IMG/VR virus record: IMGVR_UViG_3300037755_000473
Span: 1,788-65,787 of that record
Strand: one strand, 5' to 3'
DNA length: 64,000 nt
Source: a virus
Lineage: Duplodnaviria; Caudoviricetes
Each line of letters begins with the position of its first letter. The stretch's first letter is position 1. Positions 44,729 to 53,643 of the stretch are shown here, in pieces. The position numbers were made by a program, and so were the translations under genes. The notes beneath the pieces are model-generated. The model was given only the letters and a program-made list of their open reading frames with translations, was not told the DNA's origin and made no database searches.

Positions 44729-45934
44729 CTAATCGAGCAGCGAGTCGAGCATGTCCTCGAACGACTTGGCCTCTTCGCCGCCGCTCGGGTTCTCGACGTG
44801 ATCTGCGGCTTCTTCGACGGGCGCGGCGGCTTGAGGCTTCGGCTTCGCAGCGGGTTTCGCTGCTGCCGGCTTTGGGGCCGCTGCTGGTTTCGCCGCTGCG
44901 GGCTTCGCAGCTGCGGGCTTGGGTTTCGCAGTCGGCTGCGGCGGCGCGATCTCGTCGCTCTCATCCGCTTGCGTTGCGGTCGACGCCGGTGCGATACCGT
45001 CATCGGCCGAGTGCGCCTCTTCCTCCTCCACTGGCGAAGGACGAGCCGCGGGCTTCGGCTTAGACGCAGCAGGAGCCGGCTTCGTCGTCTTGGTGGCCGT
45101 AGGTGTTTCGGCAAGCGCAGCTGCCCCTTCACCCCCTGCTTCCACTTCAACTTCGTCGCCGGTAGTTCCCGCTGCGCTGTACTCGGTGACTTCGGCGAGG
45201 ATGCGTTTGATGTCTTCGCTCTCGCGGAGGCCCATGACGATCTGCGCTTGATCGTCGTTCAAGAACTGCGAACCGCGGAACGTGAGCTTCGGGTACGACA
45301 CCGTGGTGTCGAAGCCGACCTTGATAAATACCGCGAACGGCGGCACGCCCTTTGGTTGCAGAACCTTCTCGATGAAGTCTTTCAGCGGATTCAGCGACGC
45401 GGGCGGCACGCGTAGGAGCAACAGCGTTGCTTCCTTCACCTTGCCCGTGTCGTCGGTCTCGCCGGCTGCTTGCGCTTCGAGCTCGTGACGGAACGCGACG
45501 GCCATGCGGCGGTGATCCGCACAAGCGCGCGTCTTCGCGCCGCTCGGCGTGACCTTGCTGCCCCACTGGTTGTTGGGGCACGTTGCGCACACCTTGCTGA
45601 TCGGATTCTGCACGCCCGCATCGGGCTTGATGCCGTTACCGGACCAGCAGCGCGGTGCCGCGTTGTCGCCTTCGCTATACGAACTCTCGTAGAAAATCTT
45701 CGCGAGTACCGGGTTCGAGCGCACCATCACGACTTCGATGCTCTGCACCGCTTCTTGCTCGTCGTTCAGGTACACCTGCTCGTCGCCGCCCTTCTTGACG
45801 CGCCACGTGCGACCGCGGAATGAAATGACGGGGAAGCCGCTGACTACTCCACCCTTGTATTCGTCGAACTCTTCCGTGCCAACACCCTGGAATACGGCAG
45901 GGAGGTTGGGATTCACTTTCGTCAATGCGCCCAT
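44729..45934 (-). CDS. Putative ssDNA-binding/annealing protein with Pro/Ala/Lys-rich linker and acidic C-terminus
   Basis: KIFYESSY...APRCWS...CATCPNNQWGS...RACADHRRMAV; ends FEDMLDSLLD. Confidence 0.65.
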   Translation of the reverse strand: MGALTKVNPNLPAVFQGVGTEEFDEYKGGVVSGFPVISFRGRTWRVKKGGDEQVYLNDEQEAVQSIEVVMVRSNPVLAKIFYESSYSEGDNAAPRCWSGNGIKPDAGVQNPISKVCATCPNNQWGSKVTPSGAKTRACADHRRMAVAFRHELEAQAAGETDDTGKVKEATLLLLRVPPASLNPLKDFIEKVLQPKGVPPFAVFIKVGFDTTVSYPKLTFRGSQFLNDDQAQIVMGLRESEDIKRILAEVTEYSAAGTTGDEVEVEAGGEGAAALAETPTATKTTKPAPAASKPKPAARPSPVEEEEAHSADDGIAPASTATQADESDEIAPPQPTAKPKPAAAKPAAAKPAAAPKPAAAKPAAKPKPQAAAPVEEAADHVENPSGGEEAKSFEDMLDSLLD

Positions 45935-45955
45935 GATCGTGTTGTCTCCTAGTGA

Positions 45956-46363
45956 TTACTCTTTGTCGCCCTTGCGTCGCACGCCAACCGTGACGACTGA
46001 GGTCAGTTTGACGCCGGGAACTTCAACGCCCTTCTCAACCGCCTCGCGACAAGTTTTCTTGTTCGCACGGATGTCGGCGAGCGCCCACGCGTCGTTGGAT
46101 TCCATGAATGCTTTGAACGCTTCACGGTCTTCGACGGTCGCCGAGTGTGACGTGTTGCGGTAAGCAGTGCCGATACCTTTCGCTGCAAGGTTATCGAGCT
46201 TGTTGGTGTTCAGGTGATCGAGCAGCATCGATTCGAGTTTCTTCATCCCGGCCTTCGGGCGCTCGAGACTTTTCTCGAACTCATCTGTCGCCAGTTTGAT
46301 GTGATCGCGAAGTTTGATGTACATCGCAATCATGTCGGCCGGAGCCATGTCGTCGGCAGCCAT
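45956..46363 (-). CDS. Conserved replication-module protein
   Basis: YIKLRD coiled coil; position between helicase and SSB-like gene. Confidence 0.65.
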   Translation of the reverse strand: MAADDMAPADMIAMYIKLRDHIKLATDEFEKSLERPKAGMKKLESMLLDHLNTNKLDNLAAKGIGTAYRNTSHSATVEDREAFKAFMESNDAWALADIRANKKTCREAVEKGVEVPGVKLTSVVTVGVRRKGDKE

Positions 46364-46372
46364 CGTCGTCTC

Positions 46373-47920
46373 CTAGTTTTCGGTTTCGAACATTTCGAGG
46401 AGAGCGCCCTGAAGGGTCTTCTTCTCCTGCAATCGCTTGTACATCTTGGTCTCAATCGGCGTCCCTGACAAGTGGACAATGAACTGCTTCCGCTGCTGTC
46501 CGGGGCGCGTAATTCTCGCGTTCGCCTGCTCGTAAGTTTCGAGTGAAGTCGTCGGCGTATACCACACGATTGTGTTGCTCTCGGTGAGCGTCAATCCGTG
46601 CGACATGCACTTCGGGTGGGCTACCAGCACGCGTGGGGAACTGCTGGTTTGGAACTCGCTGAAGATGTGATCGCGGATCGTCTTGCTGACGCTGCCTGTA
46701 ACCAGCGCCGAGTCGACGCCGGCCATCGCGATTATTTTTTGCAAAGCGTGTGCTGCATGGATGAATTCTACGAACACGATCACTTTGCCCGCGGATTCCT
46801 CAATCACTTCGAGCAGGGCTTCGACTCGAGCGCGGTTGTCGAGCACGACCACGCTCTTGTCACGCGTGTATACCCAGCCTCCGGCGATCTGGAGTAGCTT
46901 GCTGAACAGCACGCCCTCATTTGCCGCCGTGACTTCGCCCTCGGCGAACGACATGGTGAGGACCTTGACGAGCTTCTTGTAGACCTTCTCCTGCTCGGTC
47001 GTCATACCGACCTTGCGGGCGAGGTAGCTAACCGGGGGCAGCTCAATGCAGTCGTCGCGGGTGAAGCGGACCCCCGGCTGCATGGCCTCGAACACGGTGT
47101 CATTCGCGTCGGGCTTGGCAACCCACTTGAACGGCGTGATCTGGCGCATGGTCTTCAGCTGGAAGTCACGAGCATACGGCGGCGCGCGGCTCGGGGTGAG
47201 CATCTGGACTTGCGCCCAGGCGTCGAGCGGCTCGTTAGGGGTGGGCGAACCTGTCATGCCCCACGCGTAGGGAGCACGCTTGACGATGCTGTTCAGAGCC
47301 TTCCATCGGTCGTTGATGTTCCGGAACACCGCGAGCTCGTCGATGATAACCGCGCCAAACTTTTTCGCGACTAGGTGCCGGAAGATAGCGGTTTTCGGGC
47401 CGTCGTGATTGATGACGTAGATATCGTGCTTCTCGTTCAGGACGGCTAAACGTTTTTCGGCAGAGCCGTGCAACACACCAACGGACAAGTGTGGAAAGTA
47501 TTGAAAAATCTCCCGGTCCCACACCTGCGAGAGAGTCGAGAGTGGCGCGACGATGAGAGCGCAAGTAATGTCCCCCTCTTGCAGCAGGTAGTCGATTGCG
47601 AACAGAGCTGCGCGAGTCTTCCCCGTGCCCATTTCGGAGAGCACGTACGCGCGTTTGTTCATCGTGAGCAGCGCGGCCGTCGTCTTCTGCGTCTTGAATG
47701 GCGTGTCTTTGTTCCAGTCGTAGTGGCACGCGATGGGTGCGGGCACCATGAAGCCCAAGTTCCGACAGAGCCTCGTCACGTCGTGCCGATGTGGCAGCAC
47801 GATGTACTTGCCCGTTTTCTTCTCGGTGATACGCGACTGCGGGACAAGGTTCTGCAACCGCTCATCGAACGGAAGCGCGATCTCCTTGGTGTCTTTTAGG
47901 ACAGCAGCCCGAGCAACCAT
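46373..47920 (-). CDS. SNF2-family helicase
   Basis: EMGTGKT, IIDE, MTGSP, SHGLTLT and QANARITRPGQ motifs. Confidence 0.9.
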   Translation of the reverse strand: MVARAAVLKDTKEIALPFDERLQNLVPQSRITEKKTGKYIVLPHRHDVTRLCRNLGFMVPAPIACHYDWNKDTPFKTQKTTAALLTMNKRAYVLSEMGTGKTRAALFAIDYLLQEGDITCALIVAPLSTLSQVWDREIFQYFPHLSVGVLHGSAEKRLAVLNEKHDIYVINHDGPKTAIFRHLVAKKFGAVIIDELAVFRNINDRWKALNSIVKRAPYAWGMTGSPTPNEPLDAWAQVQMLTPSRAPPYARDFQLKTMRQITPFKWVAKPDANDTVFEAMQPGVRFTRDDCIELPPVSYLARKVGMTTEQEKVYKKLVKVLTMSFAEGEVTAANEGVLFSKLLQIAGGWVYTRDKSVVVLDNRARVEALLEVIEESAGKVIVFVEFIHAAHALQKIIAMAGVDSALVTGSVSKTIRDHIFSEFQTSSSPRVLVAHPKCMSHGLTLTESNTIVWYTPTTSLETYEQANARITRPGQQRKQFIVHLSGTPIETKMYKRLQEKKTLQGALLEMFETEN

Positions 47921-48222
47921 ACTTCCAACTCAGTCATTCCCGAATAGTTGCCGGCCTCGTCGACCGACTCACCAATCACGATGACGCGGCCCCCCGCGTC
48001 CTCGATCTCTTTCTTCGTCAGCTCCTGCCGCGGCGTCAGATGCTTGCCAGGGGCTTTGCATTCGACCGCGAGATAAAGTCCTCGCATGCAGCAGATCATG
48101 TCGAGCGACGGCGTACCCATTCCGTTCTGCACAGGGCTGTGCCAATAGCACCCGTACTTCTTCAGCAAGGCCCGCACCTGGGCCTTCACTTTGCCCTCGG
48201 GTGTGTTGGCCTTGCCGCTCAT
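47896..48222 (-). CDS. VRR-NUC domain nuclease
   Basis: PEGKVK...GTPSLD...AVECKAPGKHLTPRQE. Confidence 0.85.
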   Translation of the reverse strand: MSGKANTPEGKVKAQVRALLKKYGCYWHSPVQNGMGTPSLDMICCMRGLYLAVECKAPGKHLTPRQELTKKEIEDAGGRVIVIGESVDEAGNYSGMTELEVWLLGLLS

Positions 48223-48467
48223 TGAATCTTCGACCCCGGTGGTAGTTGAATCACCGTCCGATTTTTCTTGTTCTGCTCGATGGCAACCGCGGCTTCTTCG
48301 GCCATGCGTTTCAGCTTCTCGTTCGAGTCACCGACGACGAGGATGATGTGCCCCTTGTCGCCCACGTCCTTCATGTCGCAATGCAGCGGGTGTCCCTGTT
48401 TGAGCATTTCGAGCTCGGCGGGGATCAGCCCGATGGTGAGCATGCGACCGATCTTCATCTTGACCAT
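48219..48467 (-). CDS. Hypothetical protein
   Basis: Coupled ORF. Confidence 0.6.
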   Translation of the reverse strand: MVKMKIGRMLTIGLIPAELEMLKQGHPLHCDMKDVGDKGHIILVVGDSNEKLKRMAEEAAVAIEQNKKNRTVIQLPPGSKIQ

Positions 48468-48760
48468 TAGTCAGCCTCCACAGGCGGCAAGTCGTACACC
48501 AAAATGCACTGCGCCACGAACTCCTTCCAGTCGCGGCGAAAGTCGACAGCGTGTCCGTTCTTGAAATGGATACGCACAAATAACGTGGTCGAGAACAAGT
48601 CCTCGGACCCGTATGATTGTATAGTCTTCTTGATCTTGTCAGGCAAGCGGGCGACGCAAATAGTTGCGAGCTGGTCGGCCTCGGTGACGGGCGAACGCTG
48701 GCCTGAACGTCTGCTCATGATCTTCGTCGTCTCGAAACTGAATGGGTGTTGGTCACTCAT
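48467..48760 (-). CDS. Hypothetical protein
   Basis: ATGA overlap at 48757-48760. Confidence 0.55.
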   Translation of the reverse strand: MSDQHPFSFETTKIMSRRSGQRSPVTEADQLATICVARLPDKIKKTIQSYGSEDLFSTTLFVRIHFKNGHAVDFRRDWKEFVAQCILVYDLPPVEAD

Positions 48761-49011
48761 GGGTGCAGCATCAAACACTTCGCGATGAACGTGTCTTCGA
48801 CGTTCACGCCACTTGCTCCGAACTCTGCGTACGCCTTCGTCAAGATCGCGAGGTCGCCCGTTACCGTGGTCCCGTTTGCCAGCGTGACGATGGCGTACGT
48901 CGCGTCGCGCCGGTCACTCCTGCCAATCTTGATGTCCCGGTACACCACCCCATGCTTCCTCAGCAGCTGCGCGACCTTCCGGATCGCCCGCTGATTCTCG
49001 GCCAGGGTCAC
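48757..49011 (-). CDS. Hypothetical protein
   Basis: GTGA overlap with the nuclease gene. Confidence 0.6.
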   Translation of the reverse strand: MTLAENQRAIRKVAQLLRKHGVVYRDIKIGRSDRRDATYAIVTLANGTTVTGDLAILTKAYAEFGASGVNVEDTFIAKCLMLHP

Positions 49012-49661
49012 GGATGATGTGGGCACTGCTTGACCGGACACCACTTACAAAGCGGGTTCGGCTCCGCGGGAAACGTCGTAGTTTTTGCAGCCTCGAGAAT
49101 CGCTTCGATCCTCGGTTGAAAATCGGACCACACATCAGCCATGTGCTCCTTCTTCATCGTGAGTGGCGGTGACACTTCCTGACTCTTCGTCCAGATATAG
49201 GTCGCGGTGAAGTCTTCGATCTCGGGCATGAACTGTGACAGCACAGCTGCCGCGAGCTTCATCTGATCCCAATCCTCGCGTCGCTTGCCCGTCTTGTAGT
49301 CGACGATCAGCGCGTGCGTTCCGTTGACGACGAGCAGATCGATGATGACGCGGACCCACACCGCTTTGCCGAACCACGTCGTCGGCGCGTAGTTGCTGGT
49401 CAGCGCCAGCTGTAGCTCGCCGCGCTTCTCACCGTCTGCGTCGGCAAACTTCTTCGCCATCTTTTCGAGATAGCGCAGCTCGATGGGGAGCGGCACGGCG
49501 TAGATGACACGCTTCTTCAGCGAGTCGTGGATGAGCTTGCCCTCGCCGGCAAACTGCGAATCGTCGTCCTTCACATCCTTCGCGACTTTGATGTGGAAGT
49601 ACTTCTTGCGGCACAGCTCGAACATGACGAGCGCCGTGTACGACCAAGCGAAGTTAGCCAT
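49008..49661 (-). CDS. PD-(D/E)XK Cas4-like exonuclease
   Basis: WSY...FELCRKKY, IIDLL, IVDYKTGK, Q motif and C-terminal CKWCPVKQCPH. Confidence 0.88.
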   Translation of the reverse strand: MANFAWSYTALVMFELCRKKYFHIKVAKDVKDDDSQFAGEGKLIHDSLKKRVIYAVPLPIELRYLEKMAKKFADADGEKRGELQLALTSNYAPTTWFGKAVWVRVIIDLLVVNGTHALIVDYKTGKRREDWDQMKLAAAVLSQFMPEIEDFTATYIWTKSQEVSPPLTMKKEHMADVWSDFQPRIEAILEAAKTTTFPAEPNPLCKWCPVKQCPHHP

Positions 49662-50172
49662 TGTTGTGGGCTCCGAGATTGATGAACCGGTAGAACTCGT
49701 ATGCTACCGCTTCTGCCCACGTGAAGTAGCCTGGGCGGTGCGCGCTGGTGTACAGCTCGTCGCCCGTATTCGGGTCATCGGTGTTGTCGAGCTCGCCGAG
49801 GTCGCGCATCTGTTTGTTGTGAACGGATTGCACGCCGATCATTTCGGGCTTTGGGGTGTAGTGACCCTCGTCGAGCGGCGCGTAGCGTGCGCTGATCTCG
49901 TTGTACGCCCACGTGCGGTGACGGTGCCACTGGCCACGGATGAAGATCGGGCACTTGATCTCGAACGTGAACGTGACGGCCTCGAACGGCGACGTGTGCT
50001 TGTTCCGCCAGAGGTACTTGATGAGCTTGTGGTCTTTATCTTCGTCTTCGCCTGCCCGCCAGTCGGCGTCGTACGATACGCGGGCCGAGCGCACGATGGT
50101 GAGGTCGTTGCCCATGTGGTCGACCAAGCGAACGAATCCGCCGTCATGCAGAACTTCAATTCTGTCGGTCAC
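49654..50172 (-). CDS. thyX: Flavin-dependent thymidylate synthase ThyX, C-terminally truncated
   Basis: SARVSY, HTSPFE and RHRTWAYNEISARY signature; C-terminal ThyX segment absent. Confidence 0.75.
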   Translation of the reverse strand: MTDRIEVLHDGGFVRLVDHMGNDLTIVRSARVSYDADWRAGEDEDKDHKLIKYLWRNKHTSPFEAVTFTFEIKCPIFIRGQWHRHRTWAYNEISARYAPLDEGHYTPKPEMIGVQSVHNKQMRDLGELDNTDDPNTGDELYTSAHRPGYFTWAEAVAYEFYRFINLGAHNNG

Positions 50173-52076
50173 TTCGCGTCTCCATAGGTTTCACCGAAGC
50201 CTGTCTCAACACCAATCGGGAGGTCGGGGCACCAGAGCGGCCGGCGCACCATGATCCCTTCTATGTCAGCTGCGATCTGCGGCGCGTCCTTCGCGAGCAC
50301 GACGAAGATCAGCTCGTCATGAGCCTGCATCGAAGTGGGGAGCTTTAGCTCCTTCCGGATCGCCCGCATCGCGTCCTTCGCGATGATCTGCGTCAGGGCT
50401 TGAGTCACGTTCTCCACGACCTTGCCGCCCCAAATCGTCTTCGTCATCCCGCCGAAGTCGTACACCCAGCCCTTGTACTTCTCGCCCTCCAACCAGCGCA
50501 GGTTGTTGTAGACGATGTTCATCCCGTTCGGCAGCTCGATCTTGTTGTGCATCGCCATGCACGGGCCGATCCTTCGCTTGCCGCCGTGCGCCATGATTTC
50601 GAGAGCGTCGTCGCAGAAATCCCATAGCCCCGGAATCTCCTTGTACATGCCGCGGTAGGTGTCGACCCACATCGCAGCGGTCGCCTCATCGATCTTGAGC
50701 TTCTCCGTCGACGTGCGCAGTGACGCCTTGAGCTTCTTCGGACCCATGCCGTATCCAAGGCCCAGGATGCACGTCTTGCCGACGAACCGCTGAAGCTCAT
50801 CCTTCTTTGTAATGGGCTTGCGGAACAACGTGCTCGCGAACTCGGAGTAAATGTCCTTCTCGAGCGCGAACGCATCGACGAGGATTTTGCAGCCGCTCTC
50901 CCAAGCGTTGGTGCGAGCTTCGATCTGCTTGAAGTCGGCAGTTAGAATGACGTGGTGCTTCGGCGCGCGGATCGCGAAGCGAATCTGCCGGCGATCCAGC
51001 GGGTGCTCCATCACGCCCTTAGCGTTCGCGACTTGCGGCTGGTCGGTGCGCCGCATCTTGTAATTGACGCGGTTGAAGTTCTGCACGTTGATTGACTGCG
51101 TGCCGCCGTAGCGCCCGGTGAGCGCAGCGTAGTACTTCAGAGGCACGCGGAATTTCTTGTACTTGCGCGCGATGTCGAGCAGCCGTTCCGAGCGAGCTTC
51201 CACCATCGTGGATTTTTCACTCTGTCTCGCCGCCATTATCGGCGCTAGGATCGGGTGATCCGAGTACTCTTCCACGAGGTCGAGCCACTGTGGGTCGTTC
51301 TTCGCGAACGCATAGGTCTCTTTGCCCGTCGTGGGGGAAATCTTCAGCGGAAGGTCAACGCCGTGACTTTCCAGCAGCGCGGCGAACTTCTGATTGCTCA
51401 TCAGGTCGGCGCGTTGAAATGCCGCCGGGAGTTTTGCGATCAGCGCGTTCTTGTCTCCACGCACCTTCGTCAAAATCTCTCCGAGCAGCGTTGCGTCGAG
51501 CTCAAGCTGCGGCTCGAAGTACATGCGCAGCGTCAGGTCGATGATCTCGAACTCTTCCCGTGGCAAGTCCTTCTTGAGAGTTTGGAACGTGAGATACGTC
51601 CCCTCGGTGTCGTCGATGCTGTAGTTCGCATAGGCTTGCAGCTCGTCGGGTGATAACGACTCCCGCGTCCTGCCAAGCATCTGCGCTACGTAGCTGCCCT
51701 TCTTCACCGTGAGCTTTAGGTAGTCGAGGATCGAGCCGAGCGACATGCTGCGCAGATAGGGCTTGAGCAACGCCTGCGCCATGCACATTGTGTCCATGAG
51801 GATGGGCGGGCGGATGCCGAAATGGTACTGGTTGATGAGCTGGTCGAACATCGTGTTCTGACACAGCAGCGCTGATTGGTGGACCTTGTTGTCGTAGAGA
51901 AACTGCTTGGTCGACTTCATCGTGCCGCTGTGCCAGATAGTCGGCTGAGCGTTGCGCTTCAGCGTTACCAGCATGACGTGGAAACGAGGACCAGCGACGT
52001 AATCCTCGGTCGAGAGCTTCCTGAGACTGAACTCTTTGTCGTAGTACGTCTCGTAGTCGAGCGTGATTAGGTCCAC
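50169..52076 (-). CDS. Family A DNA polymerase with 3'-5' exonuclease
   Basis: LDYET exo I, ADFKQIEAR motif A, GKTCILGLGYG motif B, AHDE motif C. Confidence 0.92.
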   Translation of the reverse strand: MDLITLDYETYYDKEFSLRKLSTEDYVAGPRFHVMLVTLKRNAQPTIWHSGTMKSTKQFLYDNKVHQSALLCQNTMFDQLINQYHFGIRPPILMDTMCMAQALLKPYLRSMSLGSILDYLKLTVKKGSYVAQMLGRTRESLSPDELQAYANYSIDDTEGTYLTFQTLKKDLPREEFEIIDLTLRMYFEPQLELDATLLGEILTKVRGDKNALIAKLPAAFQRADLMSNQKFAALLESHGVDLPLKISPTTGKETYAFAKNDPQWLDLVEEYSDHPILAPIMAARQSEKSTMVEARSERLLDIARKYKKFRVPLKYYAALTGRYGGTQSINVQNFNRVNYKMRRTDQPQVANAKGVMEHPLDRRQIRFAIRAPKHHVILTADFKQIEARTNAWESGCKILVDAFALEKDIYSEFASTLFRKPITKKDELQRFVGKTCILGLGYGMGPKKLKASLRTSTEKLKIDEATAAMWVDTYRGMYKEIPGLWDFCDDALEIMAHGGKRRIGPCMAMHNKIELPNGMNIVYNNLRWLEGEKYKGWVYDFGGMTKTIWGGKVVENVTQALTQIIAKDAMRAIRKELKLPTSMQAHDELIFVVLAKDAPQIAADIEGIMVRRPLWCPDLPIGVETGFGETYGDAK

Positions 52077-52077
52077 G

Positions 52078-52761
52078 CTACACCGGCCACTTATTCGGAT
52101 CAGGCAACGGGCCAGCGCGCACAGCTGCGTTCACGCGACGGTTGGCATCGTCAACGTAGCGCGCGACGAACTCTTCGAGGAACTGGCTCTGCGTGTTGCT
52201 CATGCCACCACCGACCCCCTGTGCTGCCATGCGCGGATCGTAGTGCCCCATCCCCTTCCCGAGCTGGCCGAACGACGGAGCTTTGCGCATTGCTTGTTCC
52301 CGCTTGCCCGAATCGAACTCTGCGTACTCGTCGATGAACACACCGTCCGCGCTACGACCACGGAGCTTCGGCTTGCGCGGAACGATCTGCTCGAAGCCGC
52401 ATCCGTGGCATTCCACGGTGATGATGCCGTACTTGTTCACCTGCATCGGGTCGTCGTCGTGAACCGTGACGTGCATCTTGTAGGCCAGCAGCTTACCGTG
52501 CCGCTTCTCTTTGACACACACTCGGCAAAAGATATGACCCCCACCGCCCTCGATTTCGGTCGAGTGCCGGAGGTAGTGGACGTTGGGGATGACCCACGGC
52601 CGCTCGAAGTTCTCTTGCCACGTCTGTTGGGAATAGACAGACACCGCAGCAGTGGGCTCCTTGCGGATGCACTGCTCGGTGATGGCGGCGCGCGTTGCCT
52701 CGTTGTCGATGCTCAGAGGAGCTTGTTCGCGTTCGACGCGGCTAGAAATGCTGCGTTCCAC
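52078..52761 (-). CDS. Hypothetical protein with two CxxC motifs
   Basis: GTG 52761 with GGAGG RBS; CRVC and CHGC. Confidence 0.55.
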   Translation of the reverse strand: MERSISSRVEREQAPLSIDNEATRAAITEQCIRKEPTAAVSVYSQQTWQENFERPWVIPNVHYLRHSTEIEGGGGHIFCRVCVKEKRHGKLLAYKMHVTVHDDDPMQVNKYGIITVECHGCGFEQIVPRKPKLRGRSADGVFIDEYAEFDSGKREQAMRKAPSFGQLGKGMGHYDPRMAAQGVGGGMSNTQSQFLEEFVARYVDDANRRVNAAVRAGPLPDPNKWPV

Positions 52762-53192
52762 CGTAGGACCTCCCAATGCTCTTTGTTCATGAGGGGCATG
52801 TTCGGGTGCGACGTGATCGACTGCATCTTGGGGTGCAGCTCGTCCATCATCGTGTTGAACAGACGCTGCGCACCGCGCTTCCAGCGGGTCCAAGTCTTCT
52901 TATTGACGCCGTGCGGATTCGCGACCGGCCTGCCAGGGGTAACGCGCGGTCTGTCGGTGAGCGCATGCACGGCGACTCGAATCGCGTAGTCGCCTAGCTT
53001 GCTGATCGCGTCGCGGCGCTTCGCCATCGAGCCCGACTCGCCGCTCGGAGCCTCGTAGTGATAACGCCCCCTGACCAGCTTGATCTGCCCCATGTACCTC
53101 GTACCGGGCGCTCCGATTGCGCGACCGTAGTAGATCGGCTTCCAGCCGTTGGGTTGCGCGTCACCGATGATCGTGGTTGATTTCAGGCCCAT
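52713..53192 (-). CDS. Hypothetical protein
   Basis: ATG 53192 with GGAGAGG RBS. Confidence 0.65.
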   Translation of the reverse strand: MGLKSTTIIGDAQPNGWKPIYYGRAIGAPGTRYMGQIKLVRGRYHYEAPSGESGSMAKRRDAISKLGDYAIRVAVHALTDRPRVTPGRPVANPHGVNKKTWTRWKRGAQRLFNTMMDELHPKMQSITSHPNMPLMNKEHWEVLRWNAAFLAASNANKLL

Positions 53193-53243
53193 CTTCCTCT
53201 CCTGCCAAATAAGGGGGCACGTCCTTGTGCCGCTGACGATGAC

Positions 53244-53318
53244 TGGTAGCGGGGGTGGGACTCGAACCCACAACACTCGGATTATGACTCCGACGTTCTA
53301 CCATTGAACTACCCCGCA
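53244..53318 (-). tRNA. tRNA with CAT anticodon, fMet-like, CCA encoded
   Basis: Full cloverleaf: TGCGGGG/CCCCGCT acceptor with 1:72 mismatch, GTTC D-stem, TCGGA-GTCATAA-TCCGA anticodon arm, GTGGG-TTCGAGT-CCCAC T-arm, ACCA end. Confidence 0.9.
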
Positions 53319-53320
53319 AC

Positions 53321-53414
53321 AAAAAACTCGCCTAGCCAGAACCGGATTCGAACCGGCAAACCTTCCACCTTCAGAGGGGGCTGCACTACCGTTGTGCTAC
53401 AGGGATCGGCGAGT
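53321..53414 (-). ncRNA. tRNA-like RNA (degenerate Gln-CTG) with an extended terminal stem and 3' U-tract, no CCA
   Basis: Intact D-arm and TTCGAAT T-arm, mismatched anticodon and acceptor stems, ACTCGCC/GGCGAGT closing helix followed by T-tract. Confidence 0.65.
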
Positions 53415-53421
53415 TAAACCA

Positions 53422-53449
53422 AATGTAGCACACGATTCGAAAAAATCAA
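53422..53449 (-). promoter_or_regulatory. Sigma70-type promoter for the tRNA-like RNA and tRNA
   Basis: TTGATT-N16-TACATT with an extended -10 TG; predicted start near 53415. Confidence 0.6.
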
Positions 53450-53464
53450 CTAGCTCGTGAGGAC

Positions 53465-53490
53465 AAAAAATACCGCCCCGAAGGGCGGTA
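53465..53490 (-). terminator. Rho-independent terminator
   Basis: TACCGCCC-TTCG-GGGCGGTA followed by T6. Confidence 0.92.
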
Positions 53491-53640
53491 CTTCTAGGAG
53501 GCGACGTGATTCGAGTGTACGTCCAGTCACAGGCCGAAGCCCAGCAAGCGAGGCACTCACTTCATCACGTCTTTGTACCGGTAAAGGAACCCGGCGACTA
53601 CGACTCTCCCTGCACCATAGCTATGGCCCTCGCCGCTGTC
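53491..53640 (-). ncRNA. Candidate structured ncRNA
   Basis: No credible ORF; nested helices CGGCGA/TCGCCG, GACGTGAT/ATCACGTC, GAGTG/CACTC and a GGGC-TTCG-GCCT hairpin; bounded by an operator site and a terminator. Confidence 0.5.
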
Positions 53641-53643
53641 GGT

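Noticed and set aside
53321-53414. YrlA/Y RNA identity for the tRNA-like RNA
   Set aside because: The arm order is D-anticodon-T as in normal tRNA, not the permuted order of YrlA, and no Ro60 gene is present; only a weak GCCGA resemblance.
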